Shown here: in pieces, positions 41,901 to 54,900 of the stretch
Position numbering within the stretch: position 1 is the first letter of the stretch
How the letters are laid out: the number at the start of each line of letters is the position of its first letter
Assembly: GCA_039714135.1 (NCBI GenBank)
Contig: JBDLJW010000001.1
Location: forward strand, 1 to 60,818
Length of the DNA stretch: 60,818 nucleotides
From: Verrucomicrobiota bacterium
Lineage (GTDB): Bacteria; Verrucomicrobiota; Kiritimatiellia; Kiritimatiellales; Pontiellaceae
Direction: 5' to 3'
Translations under genes and position numbers: made by a program
The notes under the pieces: generated by a model
Told to the model about the DNA's origin: nothing
The model's input: the letters and a program-made list of their open reading frames with translations, nothing else
The model's database searches: none

Positions 41901-44900
41901 CTACTCGGTCTCTTCGAGTGCGAGGGGGTCGCCACCAAGGAGATCCTCGACAGAGATTTCCTCACCAAGTTTAACCGGCTTAATATCCTTGTACATCGGG
42001 AATCCGGTACCGGCCGGGATCAAGCGGCCCATGATCACGTTTTCCTTGAAGCCACGGAGTTTGTCGACCATGCCAAGCGTAGCCGCCTTTGTCAGCACGC
42101 GGGTGGTATCCTGGAACGACGCAGCCGAAATGAAGGACTCCGTTTCGAGCGCGGCCTTGGTGATGCCCAGCAACACCGGCGAAGCCTCGGCGGGACGACG
42201 ACCTTCGGCAACCGCCTTCTGGTTGACTTCCTGGAAGGTCTGCTTTTCGACCTGCTCACCCCAAAGGAATTCGGTATCGCCCGGATCGGTAATCTTGACC
42301 TTGCGCAGCATCTGGCGAACAATCACCTCGATGTGCTTGTCGTTGATCTCCACACCCTGGAGGCGATAGACCGCCTGCACCTCGTTCACAAGATATTCCT
42401 GCAGATCCTGCGGGCCGCAGACTTCGAGAAGCTCCTGCGGAACGATCGGACCTTCGGTGAGCTGCTGTCCCTTATGGACAAAGTCTCCGGGGAATACGAT
42501 CACGTGCTTATTCATCGGAATAAGATGCTCTTCTTCCGCAGCGGTGACGGTGTCGCGGACAATCAGCTTACGCTTACCCTTGGCGATGCCGCCAAGCTCG
42601 ACAATACCTTCGATTTTCGCAATTTCAGCGGCTTCCTTCGGCGTACGGGCCTCGACAAGCTCAGCCACACGCGGCAGACCACCGGTAATATCCTTCGTAC
42701 GAACCGTTTTACGCGGCGTACGAGCAAGGGTGAAACCGGCCGAAACCGTATCCTTTTCAGTAATCATCACCTGTGCACCGGCAGGAATCGAGTAGTAGCC
42801 TACCTTATCCTTGTCCTTCTTGTCGCGAATCACGATCTGCGGATGGAGGTCTTCTTTGTGCTCCATCACAACCAGACCTTCCACGCCGGTTGCCTCGTCG
42901 ACACCCTTCTGGACGGTAACACCTTCGATGAAGTCGTGGAATTCGACCACACCGTTGTGCTCGGAAAGAATTGGAACAGAGTACGGATCCCATTCGACAA
43001 AGGTCTGTCCGGCAGCAACTTCGCCGCCATCATCAACATCAACAAGGGCACCGATCACCATGGCGTAGCGCTCGAGCTCACGACCATCTTCATCGACAAC
43101 AAGAATGTTTCCGTTCTTGTTGAGCACGATATTCCTGTCCTCCACCTTCACGGAGCGGATGTTTTCGTACTTCACAATACCTTCGGACTTGGCAGTGACC
43201 TTCGGCTGTTTGAACACGGAGCTTGCAGTACCACCAATATGGAAGGTACGCATGGTCAGCTGCGTACCCGGCTCACCAATGGACTGGGCCGCGATAATAC
43301 CGACAGGCTGGCCGAGTTCCGCCTTCTGGCCGGTCGCCAGATTCTTTCCGTAGCAGTTTGCACAGATTCCGCGGCGGGATTCGCAAGTCAGTACACTGCG
43401 GATCACGATCGTTTCAACCCCGGCGCTCTCAACCTTGCGAGCAGAGTATTTATCGATCAGCTCTCCGGCACCCACCAGCACCTCAAGCGTGTGCGGATTG
43501 CAGATATCCTCAGCGGCAGTACGACCAATGATGCGCTGAGAGAGAGAAACGAGCTCGTCGTCGCCCTCGGTAATAGCACTTACTTCAATACCGTTGAGCG
43601 TATGGCAATCCTCTTCCGACACAATAATGTCATGCGAAACATCTACCAGCTTACGAGTAAGGTATCCGGAGTCCGCCGTCTTAAGCGCGGTATCGGCCAA
43701 ACCTTTACGGGCACCGTGCGTACTAATGAAGTATTCAAGCACGGAGAGACCCTCGCGGAAATTCGAAAGAATCGGACGTTCGATAATCTCGCCGGATGGC
43801 TTGGCCATCAGACCACGCATACCAGCCAGCTGACGAATCTGCTGGCGGCTACCACGCGCGCCGGAGTCAACCATCACATAGACCGGGTTCAGTTCTTTGG
43901 CGGACTGCTTATTGAGCGGATCATCGTTCTTTTCAAGCGCCTCGAACAACTGGTTCGTCAAACGGTCATTGGTATCCGTCCAGATATCAATGATCATGTT
44001 GTAGCGCTCGCCCTCGGTGATGAGACCCTTCTTGTACTTGGCCTCGACACCTTCAATCTCCTCGCGGGCAGAGCCAACCATCTCGCTCTTTTCCTGCGGA
44101 ATAATCATGTCGGACAAAGCAATGGACATACCGGAGAGAGTGGCCTGCTCGTATCCAAGATTCTTGAGGCGGTCGAGTACCTTCACGGTCTCGTTGTGCC
44201 CCGAGATCTCATAGCACTGCTCAATCAGGGTTCCGACCACCTTCTTGGTGGCGGTTTTGTTCACGAATCCAAGGTCGGCCGGCCAGACTTCGTTAAAGAA
44301 GATACGTCCCACCGTGGTAACGATGGTCGAACGGTCCTTATCGCCATTGCGGGTTTCGCGCTGGTAGTCCGGATTGCGGAAGCGAATACGGTCGTGCACT
44401 TTGACAACGCCCTCATCGTAGGCGGTATGAACTTCGTTCAAGTCGCCCATGATGTGCAGATGCTCGTCGCCCTTCTTCTGGCCATTCTTGCGCTGCATCA
44501 GGTATTCCTGAGAATCCGACGTCAGGAAGTAGCACCCGAGCGCGATGTCCTGCGTCGGGGTGGTGACCGGCTTTCCGCTCGACGGCGAGAAAATATTATT
44601 GGTCGCAAGCATCAAAGCTTTCGACTCCGCCTGCGCCTCAACAGAGAGCGGTACGTGAACCGCCATCTGGTCACCGTCGAAGTCGGCGTTATAGGCCGTA
44701 CATACGAGCGGATGCAACTGAATCGCCTCGCCCTCGATCAAAATCGGCTCGAAGGACTGAATGGAAAGACGGTGGAGCGTCGGTGCACGGTTAAGCATAA
44801 CCGTGTGGCCGCTGGTCACCTCGTCAAGGATGTCCCACACTTCCTCCACCTCGCGCTCAATCATCTTCTTCGCGCTACGCACGGTATGCACCACGCCACG

Positions 44901-46073
44901 CTCCTTGAGCTTGCGAATAATGAACGGCTCGAATAAAACGAGCGCCATTTTCTTCGGCAAACCACACTGATTGAGCTTAAGGGTCGGGCCCACGACGATC
45001 ACGGAACGGCCCGAATAGTCGACACGCTTACCAAGCAGGTTCTGGCGGAAACGGCCCTGCTTACCCTTGAGCATGTCGCTCAAGGATTTTAGCGGACGGT
45101 TACCCGGACCCGTGACGGCACGGCCATGACGACCGTTGTCGAACAAGGCATCGACCGACTGCTGGAGCATGCGTTTTTCATTACGAATGATTACTTCCGG
45201 CGTCTTCAGTGCAAGCAGTGTACGCAAACGGTTGTTGCGGTTGATAACGCGACGATAGAGATCGTTGAGGTCAGAAGTCGCAAAACGACCGCCTTCAAGC
45301 GGAACAAGCGGACGCAGATCCGGCGGAATTACCGGCAATACTTCCATAACGATCCACTCGGGACGAGAGTTGCTCTTGATGAAGCCTTCCATCACCTTCA
45401 TCTGGTTGACCAGCTTCTTCCGGGTCTGCTTGGAACGCGTGTTCATCATCGCTTCTTCCAGCCCCTGGAGAGACTCCATGAGGTTGATCTTGGAAAGAAG
45501 ATCACGGACGGCCTCTGCACCGATCTTGGCAACGAAGCTGTCGAAACCATAGTTGTCGAGTGCTTCGCGGTACTCCTCTTCGGTCAGCAACTGCTTTTCC
45601 TTCAGCGGAGTATCGCCGGCATCGACGACGATGTAGTTGTCGTAGTAGAGCACGCGCTCAAGGTTGCGCATGGTCATATCAAGAATCAACCCCATCCGGC
45701 TCGGCGTCGCCTTGAAGAACCAGATATGCGAAACCGGCACGGCCAGCTCGATATGCGCCAGACGCTCGCGGCGAACGCGCGACAAGGTGACCTCAACGCC
45801 GCAACGGTCGCAGATCACACCCTTATGCTTAATGCGCTTGTATTTTCCGCACGAACACTCCCAGTCCTTGGTCGGACCAAAGATGCGCTCGCAAAACAGA
45901 CCGCCCTTCTCGGGCTTGAAGGTCCTGTAGTTAATCGTCTCCGGATTCTTGACTTCGCCGTGGCTCCATGAACGGATTGTTTCGGGCGAAGCCAGCGTGA
46001 TGCTTGCGTAGTCGCCAAGATCCTCACGCTTCATTCCAAAAATATCAGCGGCACTGCTTGAATTTGTTTCCAC
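41901..46073 (-). CDS. rpoC: RNA polymerase beta' subunit
   Basis: Zn finger CSCGKY..CDRC, NADFDGD catalytic motif, [13 protein letters not shown]; GTG start. Confidence 0.99.
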   Translation of the reverse strand: METNSSSAADIFGMKREDLGDYASITLASPETIRSWSHGEVKNPETINYRTFKPEKGGLFCERIFGPTKDWECSCGKYKRIKHKGVICDRCGVEVTLSRVRRERLAHIELAVPVSHIWFFKATPSRMGLILDMTMRNLERVLYYDNYIVVDAGDTPLKEKQLLTEEEYREALDNYGFDSFVAKIGAEAVRDLLSKINLMESLQGLEEAMMNTRSKQTRKKLVNQMKVMEGFIKSNSRPEWIVMEVLPVIPPDLRPLVPLEGGRFATSDLNDLYRRVINRNNRLRTLLALKTPEVIIRNEKRMLQQSVDALFDNGRHGRAVTGPGNRPLKSLSDMLKGKQGRFRQNLLGKRVDYSGRSVIVVGPTLKLNQCGLPKKMALVLFEPFIIRKLKERGVVHTVRSAKKMIEREVEEVWDILDEVTSGHTVMLNRAPTLHRLSIQSFEPILIEGEAIQLHPLVCTAYNADFDGDQMAVHVPLSVEAQAESKALMLATNNIFSPSSGKPVTTPTQDIALGCYFLTSDSQEYLMQRKNGQKKGDEHLHIMGDLNEVHTAYDEGVVKVHDRIRFRNPDYQRETRNGDKDRSTIVTTVGRIFFNEVWPADLGFVNKTATKKVVGTLIEQCYEISGHNETVKVLDRLKNLGYEQATLSGMSIALSDMIIPQEKSEMVGSAREEIEGVEAKYKKGLITEGERYNMIIDIWTDTNDRLTNQLFEALEKNDDPLNKQSAKELNPVYVMVDSGARGSRQQIRQLAGMRGLMAKPSGEIIERPILSNFREGLSVLEYFISTHGARKGLADTALKTADSGYLTRKLVDVSHDIIVSEEDCHTLNGIEVSAITEGDDELVSLSQRIIGRTAAEDICNPHTLEVLVGAGELIDKYSARKVESAGVETIVIRSVLTCESRRGICANCYGKNLATGQKAELGQPVGIIAAQSIGEPGTQLTMRTFHIGGTASSVFKQPKVTAKSEGIVKYENIRSVKVEDRNIVLNKNGNILVVDEDGRELERYAMVIGALVDVDDGGEVAAGQTFVEWDPYSVPILSEHNGVVEFHDFIEGVTVQKGVDEATGVEGLVVMEHKEDLHPQIVIRDKKDKDKVGYYSIPAGAQVMITEKDTVSAGFTLARTPRKTVRTKDITGGLPRVAELVEARTPKEAAEIAKIEGIVELGGIAKGKRKLIVRDTVTAAEEEHLIPMNKHVIVFPGDFVHKGQQLTEGPIVPQELLEVCGPQDLQEYLVNEVQAVYRLQGVEINDKHIEVIVRQMLRKVKITDPGDTEFLWGEQVEKQTFQEVNQKAVAEGRRPAEASPVLLGITKAALETESFISAASFQDTTRVLTKAATLGMVDKLRGFKENVIMGRLIPAGTGFPMYKDIKPVKLGEEISVEDLLGGDPLALEETE

Positions 46074-46129
46074 CGGTGTTCCTCCTGCAATCTAAATGGT
46101 TTGCCGGGCAAGCCCGGCAACAAGGGGCT

Positions 46130-49100
46130 TTAGAGAATGGCGTCGCCTTCTTCGTTCTTGACCTGAAAGTTCAGACCCAATCCCTGAAGCTCTTTAATCA
46201 GCACGTTGAACGATTCCGGACATCCGGAATCAAGGACGTTTTCGCCCTTAACGATCGCCTCGTACATGCGAGTACGGCCAGCGATGTCGTCGGATTTCAC
46301 GGTCAGGATCTCCTGCAACGCATGGGCCGCACCATAGGCCTCAAGCGCCCACACCTCCATCTCACCAAAGCGCTGTCCGCCATACTGGGCCTTACCACCA
46401 AGCGGCTGCTGGGTGACGAGGGAGTATGGACCCACCGCACGAGCATGGATCTTTTCGCTGACAAGGTGGTGCAGCTTGAGCATGTAGATCGTTCCGACCG
46501 CAACACGCTGTTCGAACTGCTCGCCGGTCCGTCCATCATACAGAAGAGTCTTACCGTCATCCGGAAGGCCAGCCTCGGAAAGCATGTCGCGGATTTGCTG
46601 CTCGGAGATGCCATCGAAAATCGGCGTCGCCGCATGCATGCCCAAGTGCTTGCAGGCCCATCCAAGATGGGTTTCAAGCACCTGCCCAACGTTCATACGA
46701 GAAGGTACACCCAACGGGTTCAGTACGATGTCGACCGGAGTTCCATCAGGAAGGAACGGCATGTCTTCCTCGGCAACAATCCGGGAAATCACACCCTTGT
46801 TACCATGACGACCCGCCATCTTGTCACCGACCGAAAGCTTCTTCTTTTCGGCAATGTAGACTTTCACCGATTTGACAATGCCAGCGTCGAGATCTTCGCC
46901 TCCGGCAGCCCGGTCAAGCGAACGGCTCTTGTCGGTCTTGGCTTCCTCGAACTTGTTGCGGTAGTCATCGATGATGCCCATGATCTTGATACGAATCGGG
47001 CTTGGATCAATCTCCACGTGCTCATAGTTCGCCGCCAGCTTGCGCAGCAGTGTCTTGGTAATCTTGCGGTTGGCCGGGATGATCACATCGCCGGAATCCA
47101 TATTCATTACATCCAGCGGGATTTTTTCTCCCAGCAGGATGTTGGAAAGCGCCTCGGTCAGGTCCTCGGTGAGCTGCGTAATCACGCCTTCGTGCCGCTC
47201 GTTGATCTCACCCTGGAGCTTTTTCACATCGGACGGGGCTTCCGCCGAAGCCGGGCCGGTATCCTTGGCGGACATCTTCACATCCATCACGATACCATGC
47301 GTTCCAGACGGTGCCTTGAGCGAGGTATCGCGGACATCGGCAGCCTTCTCGCCAAAAATGGCACGAAGCAAGCGTTCTTCCGGTGCAAGCTCGGTTTCAC
47401 TCTTCGGAGTAATCTTGCCGACGAGAATATCGCCCGGCTTAACTTCTGCACCAACCTGAATGATACCATCGTGGGAAAGGTTCTTGAGCGCCTCTTCACC
47501 AACGTTCGGGATATCGCGGGTAATTTCCTCCGGGCCTAGCTTTGTATCGCGGGCACCACACTCAAACTCCTCGATATGGATCGAAGTATAGACGTCCTCG
47601 CGCACCATCTTCTCGTTGATCAGAATGGCATCCTCGAAGTTATATCCGCTCCACGGCATGAAAGCCACGGTCACGTTCTTACCGAGCGCCAGTTCGCCTT
47701 CATCCGTACCGGATCCATCGGCAAGCACATCACCTTCGGCAATCTTCTGGCCAACTTTCACCATCGGACGCTGGTTTAGGCAGGTGCCGGCATTCGACCG
47801 CATGAACTTGCGCAGGTCGTACGAACGGTATTCGCTCTCCGACGTTTTCTTTTTCGGCATGGTTCCGTCTTTAGAAACCACAATGCAGTTGGCGGAGACA
47901 TAAGCCACAACACCACTGGTCTCAGCAGTAATCAGTACACGGGAGTCGCGGGCAAGGCGACCTTCAATACCGGTTCCAACAAACGGACGCTCCGACTTCA
48001 TCAGCGGAACAGCCTGACGTTGCATGTTCGAGCCCATAAGTGCGCGGTTGGCATCGTCGTGCTCGAGGAAGGGAATCAGGCCGGCCGCAATGGAAACCAC
48101 CTGCTTCGGCGAGACATCCATGTATTCGACTTCTTCCGGCGTTACTTCGCGGAAGTCGCCCAGTACGCGCACCATGATCCGGTCGTTGACAAAACAACTC
48201 TTGTCGTCGAGCTCGGCATTGGCCTGCGCAATCACATAGCGCTCCTCCTCGTCGGCGGTCAGCCAATCAAGGTTCTTGGAGACCTTGCCTTTGGAGACCT
48301 TGAGGTACGGCGTCACGATGAAGCCATACTCGTTGACCTTCGCAAAGGTCGAGAGGGAGGAAATCAAACCAATGTTTGGACCTTCCGGCGTTTCAATCGG
48401 ACAGATACGACCATAGTGCGAACTGTGTACGTCGCGCACCTCGAAACCAGCACGGTCACGGTTCAGACCGCCCGGGCCAAGGGCCGAGAGACGACGCTTA
48501 TGCGTGAGCTCGGAAAGCGGATTCGTCTGGTCCATGAACTGAGACAACTGGCTACGGCCAAAAAAGTCCTTGATCACGGCAGAAAGCGCCTTTGGATTGA
48601 TAAGCTTCTGCGAAGAGAGGCGGTCGACCGTCGTATCGAAGATGGTCATGCGCTCCTTCACGAGACGCTGGATACGGGCCAGACCGATACGGCACTGACC
48701 TTCGAGCAATTCACCAACGGTACGAATGCGGCGGCTTCCGAGATGGTCGATATCGTCGAGGGTACCCGCGCCCATACGAACCATCAGGAGGTAGCGCAAT
48801 GCTTCCACCACATCTTCAACCTCCAGCGTCAAAGAGGAGCTCTTGATGCCCAGCTTTTGCTGGATCTTGTAGCGGCCAACTCGGCTTAGATTAAAGCGGG
48901 CTTCATCGAAAAAGAGACGCTTGATCATCTGGCGCGCAGAAGCAGTCGTGGGCGGATCGCCCGGACGAAGCTTCTGATAGAGATCCTTCAATGCCTCGTC
49001 AACTGTACGCGTGGTATCGGCCTGGACGCTCTTGAGGAACACACCCTGATCCCAGGAAACGTTGACGACACCTACCTTCTTGTAGCCAGCCAGCTTCATG

Positions 49101-49885
49101 CGCTGGATCATGTCGACCGTCAGATTGTCGTAGCGACGGCCAATAACGGACTCGGAATCGGCATCGACGATATCATCGGCGAGCACCAGGTTTTCGAGAT
49201 CCTCCTCGGCAAAGGTCTTCTTAGAGAGAGAAAACTCGGCGAACTTATAATAGAGACCGAGAATTTCTTCGTCGGTGGCATAGCCGAGTGCCCGCAGGAA
49301 TGTCGACGCAAGAAACTTCCGGCGACGACGCTTGCGGTCAAGATAGATATAGATCAAATCATTGGTATCGAACTGCGCTTCAATCCATGAGCCATGATCC
49401 GGAATAACCCGGAACGAGTGCAGGATCGAACCATTGGCATGCTGCGTTTTTTCAAAGCAGATACCCGGCGAACGGTGCAGCTGGCTGACAATCACGCGCT
49501 CAGCACCGTTGACCACAAAGCTACCGCTCTCGGTCATCAGCGGAATTTCGCCCATGAAAAGCGTGTCTTCGCGGAGATCCTCACCTTCACGCAACTTGAA
49601 CGTCACGTACAGTGGAGCCGAAAAGGTCTCACCTTCACGGATCGACTCAAGATGTGCCAGTTTGGGCGTCTTGATCTCGTAACTCACAAAGTCGAGAGCA
49701 ATCTGCCCGTCATAACTCTCAATAGGGAAGGCTTCGCTTAATACAGACTGAAGGCCGATCTTCTTCCTTTTGGAAGGAGATACGCCCTGCTGGAGGAAGT
49801 CCCTGTAGGAGTTAAGTTGGATTTCAATTAGGTCCGGCGCCTCAAGCGCATCGGTAAGCTTGCCAAAGTTTTTTCTTTCAGCCAT
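46130..49885 (-). CDS. rpoB: RNA polymerase beta subunit
   Basis: [41 protein letters not shown]. Confidence 0.99.
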   Translation of the reverse strand: MAERKNFGKLTDALEAPDLIEIQLNSYRDFLQQGVSPSKRKKIGLQSVLSEAFPIESYDGQIALDFVSYEIKTPKLAHLESIREGETFSAPLYVTFKLREGEDLREDTLFMGEIPLMTESGSFVVNGAERVIVSQLHRSPGICFEKTQHANGSILHSFRVIPDHGSWIEAQFDTNDLIYIYLDRKRRRRKFLASTFLRALGYATDEEILGLYYKFAEFSLSKKTFAEEDLENLVLADDIVDADSESVIGRRYDNLTVDMIQRMKLAGYKKVGVVNVSWDQGVFLKSVQADTTRTVDEALKDLYQKLRPGDPPTTASARQMIKRLFFDEARFNLSRVGRYKIQQKLGIKSSSLTLEVEDVVEALRYLLMVRMGAGTLDDIDHLGSRRIRTVGELLEGQCRIGLARIQRLVKERMTIFDTTVDRLSSQKLINPKALSAVIKDFFGRSQLSQFMDQTNPLSELTHKRRLSALGPGGLNRDRAGFEVRDVHSSHYGRICPIETPEGPNIGLISSLSTFAKVNEYGFIVTPYLKVSKGKVSKNLDWLTADEEERYVIAQANAELDDKSCFVNDRIMVRVLGDFREVTPEEVEYMDVSPKQVVSIAAGLIPFLEHDDANRALMGSNMQRQAVPLMKSERPFVGTGIEGRLARDSRVLITAETSGVVAYVSANCIVVSKDGTMPKKKTSESEYRSYDLRKFMRSNAGTCLNQRPMVKVGQKIAEGDVLADGSGTDEGELALGKNVTVAFMPWSGYNFEDAILINEKMVREDVYTSIHIEEFECGARDTKLGPEEITRDIPNVGEEALKNLSHDGIIQVGAEVKPGDILVGKITPKSETELAPEERLLRAIFGEKAADVRDTSLKAPSGTHGIVMDVKMSAKDTGPASAEAPSDVKKLQGEINERHEGVITQLTEDLTEALSNILLGEKIPLDVMNMDSGDVIIPANRKITKTLLRKLAANYEHVEIDPSPIRIKIMGIIDDYRNKFEEAKTDKSRSLDRAAGGEDLDAGIVKSVKVYIAEKKKLSVGDKMAGRHGNKGVISRIVAEEDMPFLPDGTPVDIVLNPLGVPSRMNVGQVLETHLGWACKHLGMHAATPIFDGISEQQIRDMLSEAGLPDDGKTLLYDGRTGEQFEQRVAVGTIYMLKLHHLVSEKIHARAVGPYSLVTQQPLGGKAQYGGQRFGEMEVWALEAYGAAHALQEILTVKSDDIAGRTRMYEAIVKGENVLDSGCPESFNVLIKELQGLGLNFQVKNEEGDAIL

Positions 49886-49916
49886 TCCGCACCTTCAGGT
49901 TTATATTGGAGAACGC

Positions 49917-49973
49917 TTGTTCCCCTTTGGGTCTCAAAGGGGAACAATCTACAAGCCATCCCCGCGGGATGGC
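49917..49973. promoter_or_regulatory. Two hairpins in the rplL-rpoB spacer (possible attenuator or processing site)
   Basis: TTGTTCCCCTTTG GGTCT CAAAGGGGAACAA and GCCATCCC CGC GGGATGGC. Confidence 0.45.
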
Positions 49974-50005
49974 ATTTAATTGGAAGTCGAGTAAACGGAT
50001 AGCGC

Positions 50006-50431
<426 letters not shown>

Positions 50432-50470
50432 TGTCGTTCCTCCTTACACTACTGATTAAAAATAAACTTG

Positions 50471-51001
50471 TTACGCTTCCTGTTCTTTCTTCGTCTTCAC
50501 CGCATCCAACACGTATACCAGGGATGCAACCTTCTGGTCCATCACACCCACCAGCTGGCTGCATGGAGCCTGCAAGGTTCCCAGCAACTGTGCACGCAGG
50601 ATATCCTTCGAGGGCAATTTGGCGAGCTCGACAACTTCCGCTCCGGAGATCGCCTTGCCTTCAAGATAGCCGCCCTTGATAACCGGCTTTTGGTTTTTTG
50701 CGGTAAATTTCTTGATCACCTTGGCCACTTCGACCACATCGCCGGAGCCATAGATCATAGCAGTCTGGCCCTTGAGAAGATCAGCGGCCTTGCCGTCGAG
50801 TGTGCGGTTGAGCATGCGGTTGTTAACCACGTTGAAGCTTGCTCCGCTTTCAGACAGATCGCTCTTCAGCTCGGTGGTCTGCGGCATATCCATGCCGGTG
50901 TAGTCCGCCAGGATCATGTACAGCGCACCGGATACGCGCCCATCAAGCTCCACAGCAATCGATTTCTTTTCCGGTCTAATACCTTTGCTTTCAGGTTTCA
51001 T
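50471..51001 (-). CDS. rplJ: 50S ribosomal protein L10
   Basis: RPEK, DYTGM, LKGQTA, LAKLPS; lies between rplA and rplL. Start taken at ATG 51001. Confidence 0.96.
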   Translation of the reverse strand: MKPESKGIRPEKKSIAVELDGRVSGALYMILADYTGMDMPQTTELKSDLSESGASFNVVNNRMLNRTLDGKAADLLKGQTAMIYGSGDVVEVAKVIKKFTAKNQKPVIKGGYLEGKAISGAEVVELAKLPSKDILRAQLLGTLQAPCSQLVGVMDQKVASLVYVLDAVKTKKEQEA

Positions 51002-51018
51002 CGTAATACCCAACCCTT

Positions 51019-51714
51019 CTATCCAGAAATTTCCTTGAGAGAAACCCGTAGTCCGGGTCCCATGGTCGACGAGATGGTGGCACGCTTGATATAGGTGCCC
51101 TTGGCGCTCGCCGGCCTCGCTCCGTGAATGGCGTCCAGCAAAGCCTTGGCATTCTCGGCCAGTGCCTCGCTCGTGAATGAACGTTTACCGAACGGAACCA
51201 TGATGTTTCCATTCCGATCCATGCGGAACTCGACACGACCAGCCTTCAGCTGGTTCACCGCGGCCGCAGTGTCATCGGTAACGGTTCCGGTCTTCGGGTT
51301 CGGCATCAAACCGCGCGGACCAAGAACGCGGGCAACCTTGCGAACTTCCTTCATCGCGTCCGGCGTAGCAACGGCGGCATCAAAATCTGTCCAGCCATCC
51401 TGAACCTTCTTGATCAAATCCTCAAATCCCACTTCAGCAGCCCCTGCTTCGCGGGCGGCGTCGGCGGCATCGCCTGTAGCGAAAACGATCACACGAACGT
51501 CCTTACCGGTTCCGTGCGGCAAAGCCACAGTGGAACGAATGGCCTGATCCGATTTGGACGGGTCAACACCCATCCGGAAGGCCATTTCAAATGTTTCGTC
51601 GAAATTTGCGGTAGGATTTTCCTGCAAAAACGCGATTGCATCGTCAACGCTATAGTTGGCGTCGTGCTTTACCTTTTCCGCTACACTCCTATATTTTTTT
51701 CCGTGCATAGCCAT
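51019..51714 (-). CDS. rplA: 50S ribosomal protein L1
   Basis: LPHGTGK, LGPRGLMPNPKTGTV, SSTMGPG. Confidence 0.99.
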   Translation of the reverse strand: MAMHGKKYRSVAEKVKHDANYSVDDAIAFLQENPTANFDETFEMAFRMGVDPSKSDQAIRSTVALPHGTGKDVRVIVFATGDAADAAREAGAAEVGFEDLIKKVQDGWTDFDAAVATPDAMKEVRKVARVLGPRGLMPNPKTGTVTDDTAAAVNQLKAGRVEFRMDRNGNIMVPFGKRSFTSEALAENAKALLDAIHGARPASAKGTYIKRATISSTMGPGLRVSLKEISG

Positions 51715-51715
51715 T

Positions 51716-52138
51716 TTATTCTACCTCAATTCCCATGCTGCGCGCAGTGCCTTCAATGATGCGAACTGCGGCGTCCATATCGCTTGTATTCAGATCGTCC
51801 TTTTTCGTTTCAACGATTTCCTCGATCTGGGCGCGGGTCACTTTACCAACCTTGTCGCGGTTCGGCACACCAGAACCCTTGGCGAGACCGGCAGCCTTTT
51901 TCAGCAATACCGCCGCGGGGGGGCTTTTCGTGACGAACGAGAAGCTTCGATCGTTGTAGACGGTGATAACGACCGGAATAACCAGTCCCGCCTTATCCTG
52001 CGTAGCGGCATTGTATGCCTTGCAGAACTCCATGATGTTTACGCCATGCTGACCCAAAGCCGGGCCGACCGGCGGTGCCGGGTTCGCCTGCCCTGCCGGA
52101 ATCTGCAGCTTGATATAACCTGTTATTTCCTTAGCCAT
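51716..52138 (-). CDS. rplK: 50S ribosomal protein L11
   Basis: [22 protein letters not shown]. Confidence 0.99.
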   Translation of the reverse strand: MAKEITGYIKLQIPAGQANPAPPVGPALGQHGVNIMEFCKAYNAATQDKAGLVIPVVITVYNDRSFSFVTKSPPAAVLLKKAAGLAKGSGVPNRDKVGKVTRAQIEEIVETKKDDLNTSDMDAAVRIIEGTARSMGIEVE

Positions 52139-52156
52139 AACTATCCTCTATCAAAT

Positions 52157-52711
52157 TTATTCGGCAGTCCGCTCAACCTGCCAGTATTCGAGCTCCACTG
52201 GAGCCGAGCGCCCGAAGATCGAGACCGAAATCTTCAGCTTGCCGCGCTCTGGGTCAACCTCTTCGATCGCACCGCTGAAGTTCATGAACGGTCCATCCGT
52301 TATCTTCACCATTTCGCCCGGTTCGAACATTACCTTCGGAGCAACCGTTTCCTTCTTCTCCTCGATCTGGTGAACAATACTGTTCACCTCGGATTCGCTC
52401 AGCGCAGCGGGACGTTCCCCGCCCAAGAAGCCGATTACGCCCGGTGTATTCTGAATGAAATACCAGGCGCGCTCGTTGAAACTGTTGTCGTCGTCGTACA
52501 AGCAAATGTTGATCAGGACATAACCAGGGAAAAACTTGCGGTTAACCGTCGTTTTCTTCCCTTGTTTGACTTCGGAAACTTTTTCAGTGGGGATTAGCAC
52601 CTCACCAATAATTTCCTCCATCTCCTCCTGTTGCACGCGACTTGCAATGTTCTTCTGAACCTTGAGCTCGTGACCGGAAAGCGCGTGTAGGATGAACCAC
52701 TGTTTTGCCAT
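52157..52711 (-). CDS. nusG: Transcription termination/antitermination factor NusG
   Basis: FFPGYVL, TPGVIGF, KOW DGPF, VSIFGR. Confidence 0.99.
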   Translation of the reverse strand: MAKQWFILHALSGHELKVQKNIASRVQQEEMEEIIGEVLIPTEKVSEVKQGKKTTVNRKFFPGYVLINICLYDDDNSFNERAWYFIQNTPGVIGFLGGERPAALSESEVNSIVHQIEEKKETVAPKVMFEPGEMVKITDGPFMNFSGAIEEVDPERGKLKISVSIFGRSAPVELEYWQVERTAE

Positions 52712-52734
52712 GATTTATATATTCCCTACCTTTG

Positions 52735-52938
52735 CTAGCGAATGATGAACTTGAGGAATCCCATGTTCACCAGATCACAGAGCCCCACAAACGCCCCGAG
52801 AATGACCACGGAAATGATCACGACCACCGATTGACCAAACAATTCCTTGCGGGTGGGCCATGAGCATTTCAACAACTCGGCCTTCACCTCTTCGATGAAA
52901 ACCCTCAGACTCCCGAGACTCTGTGCTAGCTTGTTCAT
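52735..52938 (-). CDS. secE: Preprotein translocase subunit SecE
   Basis: ELLKCSWPTRKEL plus one TM, between tRNA-Trp and nusG. Confidence 0.95.
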   Translation of the reverse strand: MNKLAQSLGSLRVFIEEVKAELLKCSWPTRKELFGQSVVVIISVVILGAFVGLCDLVNMGFLKFIIR

Positions 52939-52961
52939 TATGCTTTCCAGTTACCAAAACA

Positions 52962-53037
52962 TGGCAGGTCGGAAGGGACTCGAACCCCTAACAGCCGGTT
53001 TTGGAAACCGGTGCTCTACCAATTGAACTACCGACCT
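52962..53037 (-). tRNA. tRNA-Trp (CCA)
   Basis: AGGTCGGTAGTTCAATTGGTAGAGCACCGGTTTCCAAAACCGGCTGTTAGGGGTTCGAGTCCCTTCCGACCTGCCA; 76 nt cloverleaf, anticodon CCA, encoded 3' CCA. Confidence 0.97.
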
Positions 53038-53064
53038 GTCTTCTAAAACCGATTCGAACCCACT

Positions 53065-53217
53065 TTACTTCGTTTCGCGGTGCAACGTATGCCTTCTGTC
53101 GCGCGGGCAATATTTCTTGACCTCGCGGCGGCTTGTCTCGAGCCTCTTGTTTCTGGTGCCCGTATAGTTGCGCTCCTTGCACTCAGTGCAGGCCAGAGTA
53201 ATGATATCCCTAGGCAT
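53065..53217 (-). CDS. rpmG: 50S ribosomal protein L33 (50 aa; not in the ORF track)
   Basis: [50 protein letters not shown]-stop. Confidence 0.97.
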   Translation of the reverse strand: MPRDIITLACTECKERNYTGTRNKRLETSRREVKKYCPRDRRHTLHRETK

Positions 53218-53292
53218 GGTTTTGTCCTGTTGAGATTAAACAGGCTCAGGGCGGGGAAACCCGCCCGTCACCCGATAAGATACTTTTCCGCG

Positions 53293-54492
53293 TTACGCAA
53301 CAACTTCGATTACGCGACCAGCACCAACGGTGCGGCCACCTTCACGAATAGCGAAGCGCATGTGCTGCTCCATCGCGATCGGAGTGATGAGTTCGACATC
53401 CATGGTGATGTTGTCGCCAGGCATGACCATCTCAACGCCTTCCGGCAGCTGAATGTCGCCGGTCACGTCGGTCGTACGGAAGTAGAACTGCGGACGATAC
53501 CCCTTGAAGAAAGGAGTGTGACGGCCACCTTCATCCTTGGACAGAACGTATACTTCGCCCTTGAACGTGGTGTGCGGATTGATGGAACCCGGCTTGGCCA
53601 GAACCTGACCGCGCTGTACTTCTTCCTTCTTGGTACCGCGGAGCAGGATGCCCACGTTGTCGCCAGCCTGACCTTCGTCGAGGATTTTACGGAACATTTC
53701 AACGCCGGTGCAGGTGGTCTTCTGGGTATCCTTGATGCCGATGATTTCGATTTCATCGCCGGTGTGGATAATACCACGCTCAACACGACCGGTAACAACC
53801 GTACCGCGACCTTCGATGGAGAACACGTCCTCGATCGGAAGGAGGAACGGAAGATCCGTTACGCGTTCCGGCTCTGGAATCCAGCTATCGAGAGCGTCCA
53901 TCAGATCCTGGATGCACTGTGCGTCAGGGCCGGACGGGTCGTTGATCGCCTTAAGGGCGGAACCACGAACGATCGGGGAATCTTCTTCGAACTCGTACTT
54001 TGCGAGGAGTTCCTGAATTTCCATTTCAACGAGTTCGATCAGCTCTTCGTCATCGACGAGGTCGCACTTGTTGAGGAATACAACGATTTTCGGAACACCA
54101 ACCTGACGGGCCAGAAGAATGTGCTCGCGGGTCTGCGGCATCGGGCCAGAAGGTGCTTCAACCACAAGAATCGCGCCGTCCATCTGGGCAGCACCTGTGA
54201 TCATGTTCTTTACATAGTCGGCGTGACCAGGGCAGTCAACGTGCGCGTAGTGACGGTTGTCGGATTCGTATTCGACGTGCGAAGTTGCGATCGTCAGAAT
54301 TTTAGTGGAATCACGGCGACCCTGGGACTCGGATGCCTTCGCAACACTGTCGTATGCGATGTATTCAGCCAAACCCTTGGCAGCCTGCACACAAGTGATG
54401 GATGCCGTTACAGTTGTTTTACCATGGTCAACGTGACCGATTGTTCCCACGTTCACGTGGGGCTTTGTCCGTTCGAACTTATCCTTAGCCAT
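53293..54492 (-). CDS. tuf: Elongation factor Tu
   Basis: [49 protein letters not shown]. Confidence 0.99.
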   Translation of the reverse strand: MAKDKFERTKPHVNVGTIGHVDHGKTTVTASITCVQAAKGLAEYIAYDSVAKASESQGRRDSTKILTIATSHVEYESDNRHYAHVDCPGHADYVKNMITGAAQMDGAILVVEAPSGPMPQTREHILLARQVGVPKIVVFLNKCDLVDDEELIELVEMEIQELLAKYEFEEDSPIVRGSALKAINDPSGPDAQCIQDLMDALDSWIPEPERVTDLPFLLPIEDVFSIEGRGTVVTGRVERGIIHTGDEIEIIGIKDTQKTTCTGVEMFRKILDEGQAGDNVGILLRGTKKEEVQRGQVLAKPGSINPHTTFKGEVYVLSKDEGGRHTPFFKGYRPQFYFRTTDVTGDIQLPEGVEMVMPGDNITMDVELITPIAMEQHMRFAIREGGRTVGAGRVIEVVA

Positions 54493-54548
54493 TTTGCTTA
54501 CCTCCTGAATCTTCCTCAGTTAATCTCTATATTACTAAACCGAATAAA

Positions 54549-54624
<76 letters not shown>

Positions 54625-54761
54625 AGATCCCATCCTAAAAAAATATACACAAGCAAAGAAACCCTGCGACAGCACCGGTAACAAGAATGCGCTCACAAAG
54701 CCTCTATTTCCTATTTATTCTCACCTAAATGGCCAAACCTATTTGGCGCATGAGGTTGGGG

Positions 54762-54789
54762 ACTTTATAGAAAAGCTTTTGGGTGTCAA
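54762..54789 (-). promoter_or_regulatory. Candidate sigma70 promoter for tRNA-Thr-tuf
   Basis: Minus strand TTGACA-N16-TAAAGT with a T-rich upstream tract. Confidence 0.4.
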
Positions 54790-54900
54790 CCCCCAAGCCG
54801 AAAAAAATCATCCTTTTCGCCATTACGCCTAAATACGCGCAAAACCAGCATCCCCAGGGCTTCATTCCGGCCCGATACGAGGCTTGTTCTTCGAAAAATA

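Noticed and set aside
42333-44936. 867-aa plus-strand ORF (and 46004-47539)
   Set aside because: Antisense to rpoC and rpoB; shadow frames.
46101-46120. Hairpin TTGCCGGGC AA GCCCGGCAA between rpoB and rpoC (also GGGCGGG GAAA CCCGCCC after tuf)
   Set aside because: Ordinary intercistronic stem-loops without evidence for anything further.
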